A stretch of 64,000 nucleotides of DNA from Pseudomonadota bacterium. Lineage in GTDB: Bacteria > Pseudomonadota > Alphaproteobacteria > Acetobacterales > Acetobacteraceae. A program made the translations under genes and the position numbers. Positions 1-8,876 of the stretch are shown here, one piece after another. The stretch spans positions 9,263 through 73,262 of the forward strand of contig JBKPOG010000107.1 in the NCBI GenBank assembly GCA_046732975.1. Direction: 5' to 3'. Below the pieces are notes generated by a model, which worked only from the letters and a program-made list of their open reading frames with translations, made no database searches and was not told the origin of the DNA. Position 1 is the first letter of the stretch. Every line of letters starts with the position of its first letter.

Positions 1-133
1 CAAGGATCCTAACGACGTCGGCGCTGCCCGCGATGACCAATAGAGGATGTACCGCGCGACCAAAGGCGATTAGGCCATTCTTCCCGGGTTCCGATCCGCT
101 CGCTAGAACGGTGTAAGCGCTTGTCTCTATCAA
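1..133 (-). CDS. possible 5' end of a gene running off the left edge (function unknown)
   Basis: The minus-strand frame stays open from the cydB stop codon to position 1. Candidate starts are TTG at 133 or GTG at 160. It reads ..IETSAYTVLASGSEPGKNGLIAFGRAVHPLLVIAGSADVVRIL. The ORF track omits it because there is no stop in the window. Third-position GC looks only moderate, so coding status is uncertain. Confidence 0.15.
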   Translation of the reverse strand, partial: MIETSAYTVLASGSEPGKNGLIAFGRAVHPLLVIAGSADVVRIL

Positions 134-253
134 CTGTAGCGCTCGGGTGAGGGAGCACACGAGTATTGTGCCCTCTCCGCCAGAAGCCGGCCGGCAACCT
201 CCACGTTGCCATTCCCCGGTTGACTGGCGAAACGCGCGCTGTGCTGGATCCAG

Positions 254-1261
254 TCAGTAGCCGTGCATGCCGGGGCGTACCTTGCCGCGGAACACCCAGT
301 AGGCAAAGCCGGTGTAGCACAGAATGATCGGCATCAGGATCAGCGCGCCGATCAGCAGGAAATGCTGGCTCATGGGCGGCGCCGCCGCGTCCCAGATGGT
401 GATATTCGGCGGCACAATGATTGGCCAGAGGCTGATCCCGAGGCCGGCATAGCACAGGACAAACCAGGCTTGGGCGCAGAGCAGCGGGGTGGCGTGGTGT
501 CCTAGGCTCAGTCCTCGCCAGAACAGCCAGGCGACCAGCGCGACCAGGATGGGTACGGGGCTGGTCAACGCGATATTAGGCCAGGTGAACCAGCGATCGG
601 TGAACGCCGGGTGCAGCAGCGGTGTCCACACGCTGACAATGACGATCAGCACCAGTGTCGCCGCCGCGAGAATACGCGCCTGCTGTCTCGCGCGCTGCTG
701 TAACGCGCCCTCGCAGCGCCAGACCAGCCAGCAGGCGCCTTGCAGCGCATATCCAATGACAAGAGCGATGCCGCAGAGCACGGTGAACGGGGTCAACCAG
801 TCCCACCAGCCGCCAGCATAGACGCGGTCCTGCACGTGAATGCCTTGCAGCAGGCCCCCAAGGATCAGGCCCTGGCAGAATGCTGCCAGGGTGGAACCGA
901 TGCAGATCCCGCGGTCCCACCAGATCCTGCCTCGCATCGTCGCGGCGCTGAACCGGAACTCGAAGCCGACACCGCGGAACACCAGCGACAGCAGCATGGT
1001 GATGATCGCAGGATAAAGCGCCGTCATGATCACGGCATAGGCGAGCGGAAACACCGCGAACAGTCCGCCACCACCCAGCACCAGCCAAGTTTCGTTTCCG
1101 TCCCAGACCGGCACGACAGAGCTCACCATGACGTCGCGATCCTCTTCGCGCTGCTCGGCTGCGAACAGAATGCCGACACCAAGATCGAAGCCGTCCAGCA
1201 ACACGTAGGCCAGCACGGCGAACGCGATAAGTGCGGCCCAGATGACTGGCAGCCACGTCAT
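254..1261 (-). CDS. cydB: cytochrome bd-type ubiquinol oxidase subunit II (CIO-like, 335 aa)
   Basis: It reads MTWLPVIWAALIAFAVLAYVLLDGFDLGVGILF...VWDGNETWLVLGGGGLFAVFPLAY, typical of CydB. The ATG at 1261 overlaps the cydA stop by 4 nt (ATGA). The 459-aa track ORF is an upstream overextension. Confidence 0.93.
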   Translation of the reverse strand: MTWLPVIWAALIAFAVLAYVLLDGFDLGVGILFAAEQREEDRDVMVSSVVPVWDGNETWLVLGGGGLFAVFPLAYAVIMTALYPAIITMLLSLVFRGVGFEFRFSAATMRGRIWWDRGICIGSTLAAFCQGLILGGLLQGIHVQDRVYAGGWWDWLTPFTVLCGIALVIGYALQGACWLVWRCEGALQQRARQQARILAAATLVLIVIVSVWTPLLHPAFTDRWFTWPNIALTSPVPILVALVAWLFWRGLSLGHHATPLLCAQAWFVLCYAGLGISLWPIIVPPNITIWDAAAPPMSQHFLLIGALILMPIILCYTGFAYWVFRGKVRPGMHGY

Positions 1262-2652
1262 TGCTGCCGTCCCAGAGCCGGCGCCGGAGTGATACCGGCC
1301 GAGCGGACGGGCACACCGCTTCGTGGTCCAGGCTCGCCTGTTGTCGGCGGCCGGCGCAACACGCGAAACAGGAAGAAGAATCCAGCGCCAAACACGATTG
1401 CATATACAATGACAAAGGCGGCCAAGGATGCGGCAACGCCAGGCGTGTCGATCGGCGAGGCGCTGTCGGCGGTGCGCAGCAGACCGTAGACGGTGAAGGG
1501 CTGGCGGCCGACCTCGGTGACAGTCCAACCCGCGAGCAAGGCGATGAAGCCCGACGGCGCGAGCAGCAGCATGGCGCGGCGCAGCCAGATCGACGTGTAA
1601 AGTCGGTTGCGGGCCCTTAGCCAGGCGCCCCATACGCCAACCGCCGCCATCAGCAGGCCAAGTCCCACCATGATGCGGAATGCCCAGAAGACCACAGGCG
1701 CATAGGGGCGATCCTGCGGGGGAAAATCCTTCAGGCCCTTAATTGCGCCGTTCCAGGTATGGGTCAGAACCAGCGCGCCAAGATGCGGTATCTCAACTGC
1801 CCAGTCGGTACGCTCCTCGTCCATGTTAGGCATGCCGAACAGGATCAACGGCTGGCCCGGCTGTGCTTCCCAATCGCCCTCCAATGCGGCGATTTTTGCC
1901 GGCTGGTACTGCAGCGTGTTCAACCCGTGCTGATCTCCGGCAAGCAACTGCAGCGGTGCCACGACAACGGCCATCCACATCGCCATCGAGAACATCAGGC
2001 GGGCGGCCTGGTTCTGCAGGTCGCGCCGCATGTGCCACGCGCCGACCGCGCCCACGACGAATGCGACCGACAGATATGACGCGATCACCATGTGGACCAG
2101 CCGATACGGGAAGGACGGGTTGAAGATGACCTGCCACCAGTCGATGGGCTCGAATCTGCCGTCAGGCGTCACTGCAAAGCCTTGCGGCGTTTGCATCCAC
2201 GAATTGGCAGCGAGAATCCAGAACGCGCTGAGAAGAGTGCCAGTCCCGACCATCAGCGTGGCAAAGCAGTAGATGCCACGCGAGACTCGCTCGCGGCCGA
2301 ACAGCATGATCCCGAGAAAGCCAGCCTCCAGGAAGAAGGCCGTCAACACCTCGTAGCCCATCAGTGGCCCGATGACTGGGCCGGCCTTGTCGGCAAAGCG
2401 CGCCCAATTGGTGCCGAACTCGTACGACATCACGACCCCGGACACGACGCCCATACCGAACGTGATGGTGAACGCCTTCAGCCAATATTGGTAGACATCG
2501 CGATACACTTGGCGGCCCGTGAACACCCACAGGACCTCCAGCACAGCGAGATAGCTCGCCAGGCCGATGCTGAACGCAGGCAGCACTATGTGGAAAGCGA
2601 CAGTCAGCGCGAACTGCGCGCGTGCCAACAGAACAGCGGCTACGCCGGGCAT
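1258..2652 (-). CDS. cydA: cytochrome bd-type ubiquinol oxidase subunit I (short Q-loop, 464 aa)
   Basis: The N-terminus is ARAQFALTVAFHIVLPAFSIGLASYLAVLE, followed by MSYEFGTNWARF and a GWTVTEVGRQPF motif. At 464 aa it fits the short-Q-loop, cyanide-insensitive class. Confidence 0.93.
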   Translation of the reverse strand: MPGVAAVLLARAQFALTVAFHIVLPAFSIGLASYLAVLEVLWVFTGRQVYRDVYQYWLKAFTITFGMGVVSGVVMSYEFGTNWARFADKAGPVIGPLMGYEVLTAFFLEAGFLGIMLFGRERVSRGIYCFATLMVGTGTLLSAFWILAANSWMQTPQGFAVTPDGRFEPIDWWQVIFNPSFPYRLVHMVIASYLSVAFVVGAVGAWHMRRDLQNQAARLMFSMAMWMAVVVAPLQLLAGDQHGLNTLQYQPAKIAALEGDWEAQPGQPLILFGMPNMDEERTDWAVEIPHLGALVLTHTWNGAIKGLKDFPPQDRPYAPVVFWAFRIMVGLGLLMAAVGVWGAWLRARNRLYTSIWLRRAMLLLAPSGFIALLAGWTVTEVGRQPFTVYGLLRTADSASPIDTPGVAASLAAFVIVYAIVFGAGFFFLFRVLRRPPTTGEPGPRSGVPVRSAGITPAPALGRQQ

Positions 2653-2705
2653 GCAAACCTCGCGCGGTTGCCGGGTGCCTCAGTATGCAGACAGCCGAGT
2701 GCGCT

Positions 2706-2978
2706 TCAAGCCGCCTGGAGGATCTCTTCAGGCCGTAGCTGGGTCAGGGTGCGCACGCCAATCACCTGGCGAAGGTTGCCCTCGAGAAGATGCACGGCCT
2801 CAGCCGGCATCGCCTGCATGGCAATCTCGACATGAAGCGTATCGCCGGAGCGATGCGACCACATCCGGTCGGGTATGAGGTCTCGGCGGCCGAACGGTTG
2901 CAAGAGACGACTCAACAGGCCAGGCGAGACATCCGCATCAAGCATGAAGCGGACTGCGACGTAGGGACCATCAGACAT
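2706..2978 (-). CDS. small hypothetical protein, ACT-domain-like (90 aa)
   Basis: There is an ATG at 2978 with GGAG about 10 nt upstream. It reads MSDGPYVAVRFMLDADVSPGLLSRLLQPFGRRDL...HVEIAMQAMPAEAVHLLEGNLRQVIGVRTL, which resembles small ACT regulatory subunits. It lies directly upstream of cydA on the same strand. Confidence 0.4.
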   Translation of the reverse strand: MSDGPYVAVRFMLDADVSPGLLSRLLQPFGRRDLIPDRMWSHRSGDTLHVEIAMQAMPAEAVHLLEGNLRQVIGVRTLTQLRPEEILQAA

Positions 2979-3026
2979 GGAAGTGAACTCCGAACGACAG
3001 GCGCGACGGTGAAACGCGGGCAAATC

Positions 3027-3048
3027 CCCGGCTGCTCAGGCAGCCGGG
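3027..3048. terminator. perfect 9-bp hairpin (CCCGGCTGC-TCAG-GCAGCCGGG), possible terminator after the DUF2125 gene
   Basis: The stem-loop was read directly from the sequence. There is no clear U-tract on either strand, so intrinsic terminator function is uncertain. Confidence 0.3.
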
Positions 3049-3130
3049 CCGCTAATTCGCGCGCTGTTTCGACAGGAGCTCACGCCGCCATGCTACGCAT
3101 TCGCACGCCAGACGCCAAGTCCCAAGTGCG

Positions 3131-4165
3131 TTATGGCCAGTCCACCTCGGGTAGACGCAGCAGCGGAACCTGACGCATCGACAGGGTGCGGTACTGCAGC
3201 GTCAACGGCACCTCCACGTCGGGACGCGAGCCATCGCCTGGCGCATTGGCAAGCAGCGACAAAACGGCCTTTGCCGCCGTGGCCGCCGATCGGCTGATCA
3301 TGGAATGCGCAGCCAGAGTGTCCAATGTTTCGGCATAGCCAACAATGTGAGCGGTGCCGGCGCCCATCGGCTGCAATTGGTCGTCGAGCGCCAGGGTTGC
3401 GCTGGCTGACAGATCGAGTGGACCCCAGGTCAGCACTAGGTGCTGGATCGCCAGGGACCCTCCGCCATCGCGCCAGCTTGTGGCTTGGTCCGCCGGCGCC
3501 CCCGCGACCGGGAGCGGACCATTCAGGGCTGCTTCCATCTCCACCTTGGCAACGTTGGGACCAAGCGGGCGGACCGTGCGTGGAGGGAGGCCTAGGTCTC
3601 CGGCTTGAAGCGAAGCGATCACCGCTGGTTCCCCCGAACGCGCCTCTGGATGGAACACCAGTTGCAACTGCAGGCTTCCAACACTGGCGACTCCGGTGGG
3701 GGTCTCAGCGCGTAGATTGGCGACCGCGAGCTCCGCGAAATCAGGCCAGTCCTTTGCCTGCAGCGGCAGGAGGAGGCGGAGGCGCCCGGCGGTGTAGGCC
3801 ACAGCCGGGTTGTCGGCCAGCCGAACCTGCTGCTGGCCCTCCGGCGCGATTTCGAGCATGGCCGGCCGCATCAATGCGATGCGCAATTTAACTCTCTCGG
3901 CGCTCCAGAAAACCCGACCGGGCATGTCAGAGCCCCCGTGCGTGAGGGATAGCGCGGGGACGACGAGGATCGCCGCGAAAGGCCAGCCACCTACGCTGGT
4001 CCTCCCGTTCTGTTCCGTCCAGCCGTGCGCTTTCTGGACTGAGACCCAATTGGCAAAGCCTCGTTCCAGATTGCCTGCGACCAACCGCCAGTACGCCGTG
4101 TCGGCAGCCAGCAGCACGAGCGGCACGGCGAGCAAACTCAGCCACAACCTCCGCCTGCCCCGCAT
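3131..4165 (-). CDS. DUF2125-like periplasmic/membrane-anchored protein (344 aa)
   Basis: It starts MRGRRRLWLSLLAVPLVLLAADTAYWRL (N-terminal anchor) at the ATG at 4165. The overall layout and the tail LTLQYRTLSMRQVPLLRLPEVDWP resemble the alphaproteobacterial DUF2125 family, as I remember it. Confidence 0.6.
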   Translation of the reverse strand: MRGRRRLWLSLLAVPLVLLAADTAYWRLVAGNLERGFANWVSVQKAHGWTEQNGRTSVGGWPFAAILVVPALSLTHGGSDMPGRVFWSAERVKLRIALMRPAMLEIAPEGQQQVRLADNPAVAYTAGRLRLLLPLQAKDWPDFAELAVANLRAETPTGVASVGSLQLQLVFHPEARSGEPAVIASLQAGDLGLPPRTVRPLGPNVAKVEMEAALNGPLPVAGAPADQATSWRDGGGSLAIQHLVLTWGPLDLSASATLALDDQLQPMGAGTAHIVGYAETLDTLAAHSMISRSAATAAKAVLSLLANAPGDGSRPDVEVPLTLQYRTLSMRQVPLLRLPEVDWP

Positions 4166-4400
4166 ATAGCCCCGTCCCGAACCAAGCGCGCCGCTTATAG
4201 GCGAACATGGAAGCGAGGCAACGCGAGCCGGGCACCGGATGCAGCCCACGGTGACTCCTGCGACAGGCGTTAGGACCTGGACTGCGCCGCTATCCCCATG
4301 TTGAGTGCCGAGCCGCCAGTGCGGGGAGGGCAAGAACTATTCGTGTGTTGTCAATGCATTGTGCAAGACGACTGCTGTAGTATGCGAGGCCGCGGGGTGC

Positions 4401-5111
4401 TCAGCCCACAGAGTTTTCCACAGGCTCGTATTTTAGGACCTGTGCCAGACTGCGCATAAGCTGTTGGCGTCCCGTTTCCGGCGAGAGCGGTTCCAGCAGT
4501 TGTATGTGGATCGTACCCGGTCGTTTGTGGAACGCTCGACGCCCCCAGCAGCGACCTGAATCGGTAACCGCCGGAATCACCGGCAGCCGGGTCCTGACAG
4601 CCAGCGCCACAGCGCCAGGCTGCAGCGGAAGCTGTTGGCCAGGGGCGGCTCGGGTCCCCTCTGGGAAAATCACGATCTGCCGCTCCTCGCGAACCGCTCG
4701 TTCGCCCTCGCGCAGCAGATGGCGCATTGCACTGGCCCCGCCGTGACGATCCACCGCGATCATCCCCGCCAGCGGCATCAGTGGACCAAACAACGGGATC
4801 CGCAGTAATTCTTGCTTCAGGACATAGCAGCAACGGGGCACCAGCGTGAGCCAGACGAAGGTGTCGAATGCCGACTGATGCGTCGACGCGATCAGGGCAG
4901 GACCGGAACCCAGCCGCTCCAGTCCCTGTACCGAGAGGCGAATGCCGCAGATTACCCGCAGCCCTTCCATAAGCAGGCGCGCCCAGAGCATCGCGACGTC
5001 CTGGACGCGATGCGGCGCCAGGAATCTGACAGGCGTTGCGAGCCCCACGGTGAGGACGAAGGTCAGCAAGAAGAAGTACAGGTTGAACAGTGTGGAACGC
5101 AGCGAGATCAT
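4401..5111 (-). CDS. plsC: 1-acyl-sn-glycerol-3-phosphate (lysophospholipid) acyltransferase
   Basis: It has the HX4D motif (STHQSAFDT) and the FPEGTR motif. The ATG at 5111 overlaps the upstream stop (ATGA). Confidence 0.85.
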   Translation of the reverse strand: MISLRSTLFNLYFFLLTFVLTVGLATPVRFLAPHRVQDVAMLWARLLMEGLRVICGIRLSVQGLERLGSGPALIASTHQSAFDTFVWLTLVPRCCYVLKQELLRIPLFGPLMPLAGMIAVDRHGGASAMRHLLREGERAVREERQIVIFPEGTRAAPGQQLPLQPGAVALAVRTRLPVIPAVTDSGRCWGRRAFHKRPGTIHIQLLEPLSPETGRQQLMRSLAQVLKYEPVENSVG

Positions 5112-5725
5112 CCGGCATGGCTGGGGCGCACCAGCGTTGGCTCGCGTTCGGGCAGAACTGTGGTCAGGCCGGTCGCAGTGGCAAGGAACTTGATGTACTC
5201 CTCAGCCATCAGCCGCAGAGGAGGATCGGTGGATTGCTCCGGTGGGGCGACCGGCAAAGGGTGCAACGTCACGCCGGGCAACGTCCTTCCCAACTCGGTT
5301 AGCGCACGCGGCATGTGATAGGCTGCCGTCACCACCAGCAGTGAATGGATGTCGTTGCGGCGTGCCCAGTCGGCGGTGGCCAACGCGTTGCCCTTGGTCG
5401 TGGCGGCAGTGCGATCGATGGTAACTCGCGGCGCCAGCGTCAACGGATCGACACCGGCCCGGTGAGCCAGCTCGGACAACTCGGCACCTCCGCCAATTCC
5501 GGAGAGCAGCAGCCGATCGGCGCGCCCGTCGGCAAGCAGGTGCAGCGCGGTTTCGACTCGATCGGGACCCCCGGTGAAGGCCACGATACCATCGACGTGG
5601 GCGGGCGCCTGAGCGCGACTGTCCGCCAAATGCAGGAACCAGGCGAAGCTGGCTGTGCATGCCAGCATCCCCGCTGCGATGCAGGCGCTTAGACCGACTA
5701 GTACATGACGGCGGGTGATAGTCAT
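5108..5725 (-). CDS. YdcF/DUF218 (ElyC/SanA-like) family protein
   Basis: It has an MTITRRHVLVGLSACIAAGMLA anchor, then GIVAFTGGPDRVETALHLL...LLLSG and VVTAAYHMPRA, typical of DUF218. The ATG at 5725 overlaps the ftsX stop (ATGA). Confidence 0.75.
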   Translation of the reverse strand: MTITRRHVLVGLSACIAAGMLACTASFAWFLHLADSRAQAPAHVDGIVAFTGGPDRVETALHLLADGRADRLLLSGIGGGAELSELAHRAGVDPLTLAPRVTIDRTAATTKGNALATADWARRNDIHSLLVVTAAYHMPRALTELGRTLPGVTLHPLPVAPPEQSTDPPLRLMAEEYIKFLATATGLTTVLPEREPTLVRPSHAG

Positions 5726-6660
5726 GGCAGACGTCGCAGCCAACGTCGCACAGTTCCCTGAGCAGTCAGAAAGCCGATTGCCGCTGCTGCCGCAGGGAGG
5801 CCAGGGATTATCAGCCACAAGGCCGCCGGCAAGGCCGTCACTACATCCGTGGGTGACGGCGATTCCTGAGCGGCAGTCCCCGCGAACGGTGCTGCGAGGT
5901 TTGCCAGTCCAATCAGCATGGGCAAAGCGAGCACGGCGCCGACAGTCCCCCCCGTCGCTGCGAGCAGAGTGGCCCTGCCGGCAAAACGGGCTGCGATGTA
6001 GCCATCCGTCGCCCCAAGTCCATGGACAATCTCGATCGCTTCACGGCGGGCTGAAAGGCCTGCTCGCGTTGCGACGGCAATGACGGCTGCGGCCACCGAC
6101 GCAACCAGCACAAGCGCCAGCCCGGCACAGGCCTGAAGGCTACGGGCCAGCACGGTCAACCGCCCAATCCAGACGCCGTGGCTTTCAACCAGCGTGCCCG
6201 GGACAATCTCGTTGAGCCGGAGCGCCAACCGCTCAGTCTCCACCGAACTGTCATTCAATCGCACTGCGATCACTGCAGGCAATGGTATCGCCAGCCTTTC
6301 GGCACCACTGCCAAGCCAAGGACGCAATAGGTCGCCAAGTTCCTCATCACTGAGCGGGCGCGCCGAAGCGACTCCGGGAGTAGCCAGCAATAATGCCAGT
6401 ACGCGATCCTGGCGCACCCCGCCACCGTGCGCCGCCAACTCGCGCGGCTTCGGCACCTGAACGGTCAGCGCCGACCCTGCACCCTGCTGCCAATGATGCG
6501 CCAACGATGCTGCACCGACCCAGCCGGCGATGGCGAGAGCCGCCAGGACTGCCATCGCACCCACCAGGAACGGCAGCATGCGATCCGAGATCGCCCGGCG
6601 CAGGCCTAGTTCGTCGAAACCGGCTGGCCGCAGCGAACGCCGGGTGCGCAGCGACGTCAC
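5722..6660 (-). CDS. ftsX: cell-division ABC transporter permease-like protein FtsX
   Basis: It is 312 aa and lies immediately after ftsE with a GTGA overlap (GTG start at 6660). The topology is FtsX-like: an N-terminal cytoplasmic segment, a TM helix, a periplasmic domain and three C-terminal TM helices. Confidence 0.8.
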   Translation of the reverse strand: MTSLRTRRSLRPAGFDELGLRRAISDRMLPFLVGAMAVLAALAIAGWVGAASLAHHWQQGAGSALTVQVPKPRELAAHGGGVRQDRVLALLLATPGVASARPLSDEELGDLLRPWLGSGAERLAIPLPAVIAVRLNDSSVETERLALRLNEIVPGTLVESHGVWIGRLTVLARSLQACAGLALVLVASVAAAVIAVATRAGLSARREAIEIVHGLGATDGYIAARFAGRATLLAATGGTVGAVLALPMLIGLANLAAPFAGTAAQESPSPTDVVTALPAALWLIIPGLPAAAAAIGFLTAQGTVRRWLRRLP

Positions 6661-7346
6661 ACCTGGTCCCCTGCGAGTCGTCCTCGCGAGAGCCGCAGTG
6701 CCGGCGCCGGATGCCGCGTTACCAGGGCGTCGTTATGAGTCGCCACGACGACCGTGGTGCCTAATCGATTCATTTCCTTCAAAAGCTGCATCAACCTCTC
6801 GGCCTGTGCCTCGTCGAGGTTGCCGGTCGGCTCGTCGGCAAGCAGCAGGCTCGGCCGGCTGATTACCGCCCGGGCGATGGCCACGCGCTGTTGCTCCCCA
6901 CCTGACAGTTCCGCCGGTCTCGCGCTCGATTGCCTTGCCAGGCCGACCCAGCGCAGCATCTCGCCCACATCGGCACAAATCTGACCTTCTGGCCGCCCGG
7001 CGATCCGCAACGGCAGGGCCACATTGTCAAACGCCGACAGGTGCGGCAGCAGCCGGAAGTCCTGGAAGACGATTCCAATCCTGCGCCGCAGTCGCGGCAA
7101 CCGCCGTCGTTCTGCAGTCTCTATGTCGGTGCCGAAGATCATGAGGCGGCCGCGCGTCGGTCGGATCGCCAGGTACATGAGACGCAGCAGACTTGTCTTT
7201 CCGGCGCCCGAAGGTCCGAGCAGCCACCGGAACGCGCCATCCGGCAACGCAAAACTAAGGTCGTGCAGCACCTCGGGTCCCGGTTTGGCATGACTGCCTT
7301 GGCTCACCCGGCCATAGCAGAGCCCGACCGCCTCGAATCGAACCAT
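6657..7346 (-). CDS. ftsE: cell-division ATP-binding protein FtsE
   Basis: It has Walker [10 protein letters not shown], signature LSGGEQQR and Walker [10 protein letters not shown]. The MVRFEAVG start at 7346 matches the usual MIRFENV N-terminus and has AGGA 5 nt upstream. ATGs at 7352 and 7364 are alternatives. Confidence 0.88.
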   Translation of the reverse strand: MVRFEAVGLCYGRVSQGSHAKPGPEVLHDLSFALPDGAFRWLLGPSGAGKTSLLRLMYLAIRPTRGRLMIFGTDIETAERRRLPRLRRRIGIVFQDFRLLPHLSAFDNVALPLRIAGRPEGQICADVGEMLRWVGLARQSSARPAELSGGEQQRVAIARAVISRPSLLLADEPTGNLDEAQAERLMQLLKEMNRLGTTVVVATHNDALVTRHPAPALRLSRGRLAGDQV

Positions 7347-7420
7347 CAGCATCCTTTTTGCCATTCTGTAGGACGCGCCGCCATTGCTTCGAAACTGTTG
7401 CGCGGCCACCATCTGCACGC

Positions 7421-7879
7421 ATGCACATCGTCTGCCCGACCTGCTCGGCAAGCTATGAGGTTCCCGATCAGCTGATGACGGCCGGGCGCCTCGTCCGATG
7501 TGCGCGATGTAACGGCGAGTGGACGCCGGTGGCGCCGGCAGAGCCGCCCGAACTGCCTGAGCCCGAGCCACTTCCTCCGACTCCAGCTACGGAGGCCGAG
7601 GTGCAGCCACCGCCGCTTGCAGTTGTGGAGTCAGAACCGGCAGAGCCCCTCGCGATTGACGCGGTGCGACGATCGGCGATGGACCGGCTCGCGGCGCATC
7701 CTGCCTCCCCCAGACCATCGTTGGCGTTGCGTCTGGCGTGGGCCGGTAGCATCGTCCTGTTCATTTTGCTTATCGCCCTGGCTTTCGCGTGGCGCGGCAA
7801 GATCATCACCGTCTGGCCACCCAGTGCCCGCGCCTACTCCGCCCTGGGGCTGCATTCCCAGCCTGAAACCAGCCAATGA
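7421..7879 (+). CDS. MJ0042-type zinc-ribbon membrane protein (ZitP-like)
   Basis: It begins MHIVCPTCSASYEVPDQLMTAGRLVRCARCNGEW (CPxC...CxxC), followed by a Pro/Glu-rich linker and one TM helix. It is divergent from ftsE. Confidence 0.75.
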   Translation: MHIVCPTCSASYEVPDQLMTAGRLVRCARCNGEWTPVAPAEPPELPEPEPLPPTPATEAEVQPPPLAVVESEPAEPLAIDAVRRSAMDRLAAHPASPRPSLALRLAWAGSIVLFILLIALAFAWRGKIITVWPPSARAYSALGLHSQPETSQ

Positions 7880-7886
7880 CAGCGGC

Positions 7887-8873
7887 ATGCGGCTCCTGAT
7901 CTTGATGCTGCTGCTGGTGGACCTGTCGGGTAGCGTCGTTAACGCCGAGCCTCTCGTGCTGCAGCGAACCATTTCCTTGACCGGAGTCTCGGGGCGCATC
8001 GATCACATGGCAATTGATGCCGGGCGCAAACGTCTGTTCGTTGCCGAATTGGGCAACGGGACGATGGATGCGATCGACCTGGAGGTGGGACAGGTCGCCC
8101 GGCGGATTGACGGACTGAAGGAGCCGCAGGGAGTGGGTTATGCGCCCACTCGCGATATCCTGGCGATTGCAAGCGCCGGAGATGGATCGGTGCGTCTGTT
8201 CCACGGCGCCGATCTGTCGGCCGCCGGCGTGGTGGCTCTGGGCGACGATGCCGACAACGTCAGGCTCGATCCGGTGAGTGGCGATTTCGTCGTGGGTTAC
8301 GGGAGCGGCGGGCTGGCCGTGATCGATCCATCAAGCGGCGCAGTTCGTAGCCGCATCCGATTGGCAGCGCATCCGGAGAGCTTCCAGATCGATGCGGTCA
8401 GTCACTACGCATATGTGAACGTGCCAGACGCGCGGCAGATTGCTGTCGTTGACTTGAGTGCAGCCCGGCAGACGGCGACGTGGCGAGTGCCGGACCTGAC
8501 CGCCAACTTCCCCCTCGCGCTCGATGAGGCGGGCAGCACCGTCGCCTCGGTGTTTCGGAGCCCGCCGCGGCTTGTGGTACTCGATGCGCACAACGGAAAG
8601 CCGACCAGCAATCTGGTGAGCTGCAGCGACGCTGACGATGTATTCTTCGACACCAGAAGGCGCCGTCTCTACGTCAGCTGTGGCCAAGGAAGCGTCGACG
8701 TTTGGCAACAGGATGGAGCTGGGTATCGACACATCGGTTCGATCAAGACGGCATCGGGGGCGCGCACCTCGCTGTTCGTCCCTGTGCTGGACCGGTTGTA
8801 CGTTGCAGCGCGCGCTGGCTTCTTCGGACTTGGATCGGTCGCGGCCATCCTGGAATTCCGGCCGGTCGACTGA
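7887..8873 (+). CDS. secreted beta-propeller repeat protein (YncE/YVTN-like)
   Basis: The signal peptide is MRLLILMLLLVDLSGSVVNAEP. Repeated segments of about 40 aa carry motifs such as RLFVAELGNGTMDAIDL, VNVPDARQIAVVDL and RLYVSCGQGSVDVW. Confidence 0.65.
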   Translation: MRLLILMLLLVDLSGSVVNAEPLVLQRTISLTGVSGRIDHMAIDAGRKRLFVAELGNGTMDAIDLEVGQVARRIDGLKEPQGVGYAPTRDILAIASAGDGSVRLFHGADLSAAGVVALGDDADNVRLDPVSGDFVVGYGSGGLAVIDPSSGAVRSRIRLAAHPESFQIDAVSHYAYVNVPDARQIAVVDLSAARQTATWRVPDLTANFPLALDEAGSTVASVFRSPPRLVVLDAHNGKPTSNLVSCSDADDVFFDTRRRRLYVSCGQGSVDVWQQDGAGYRHIGSIKTASGARTSLFVPVLDRLYVAARAGFFGLGSVAAILEFRPVD

Positions 8874-8876
8874 CCT

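Noticed and set aside
80-110. A tRNA T-arm-like string, GGGTTCCGATCC.
   Set aside because: The flanking bases cannot form the 5-bp T stem. No acceptor, D or anticodon arms could be built from the surrounding sequence.
254-1633. The N-terminal extension of cydB to 459 aa. Comparable overextended track ORFs are 3131-4333, 5108-5818, 6657-7571, 7500-8873, 12888-14204, 15793-18054, 19918-23259, 35566-37938, 41194-43290 and 43151-44839.
   Set aside because: In each case the recognisable protein begins at an internal start codon. That codon either overlaps the upstream stop (ATGA/GTGA) or has a proper RBS. The upstream extension overlaps the neighbouring gene and reads as low-complexity Arg/Pro-rich sequence.
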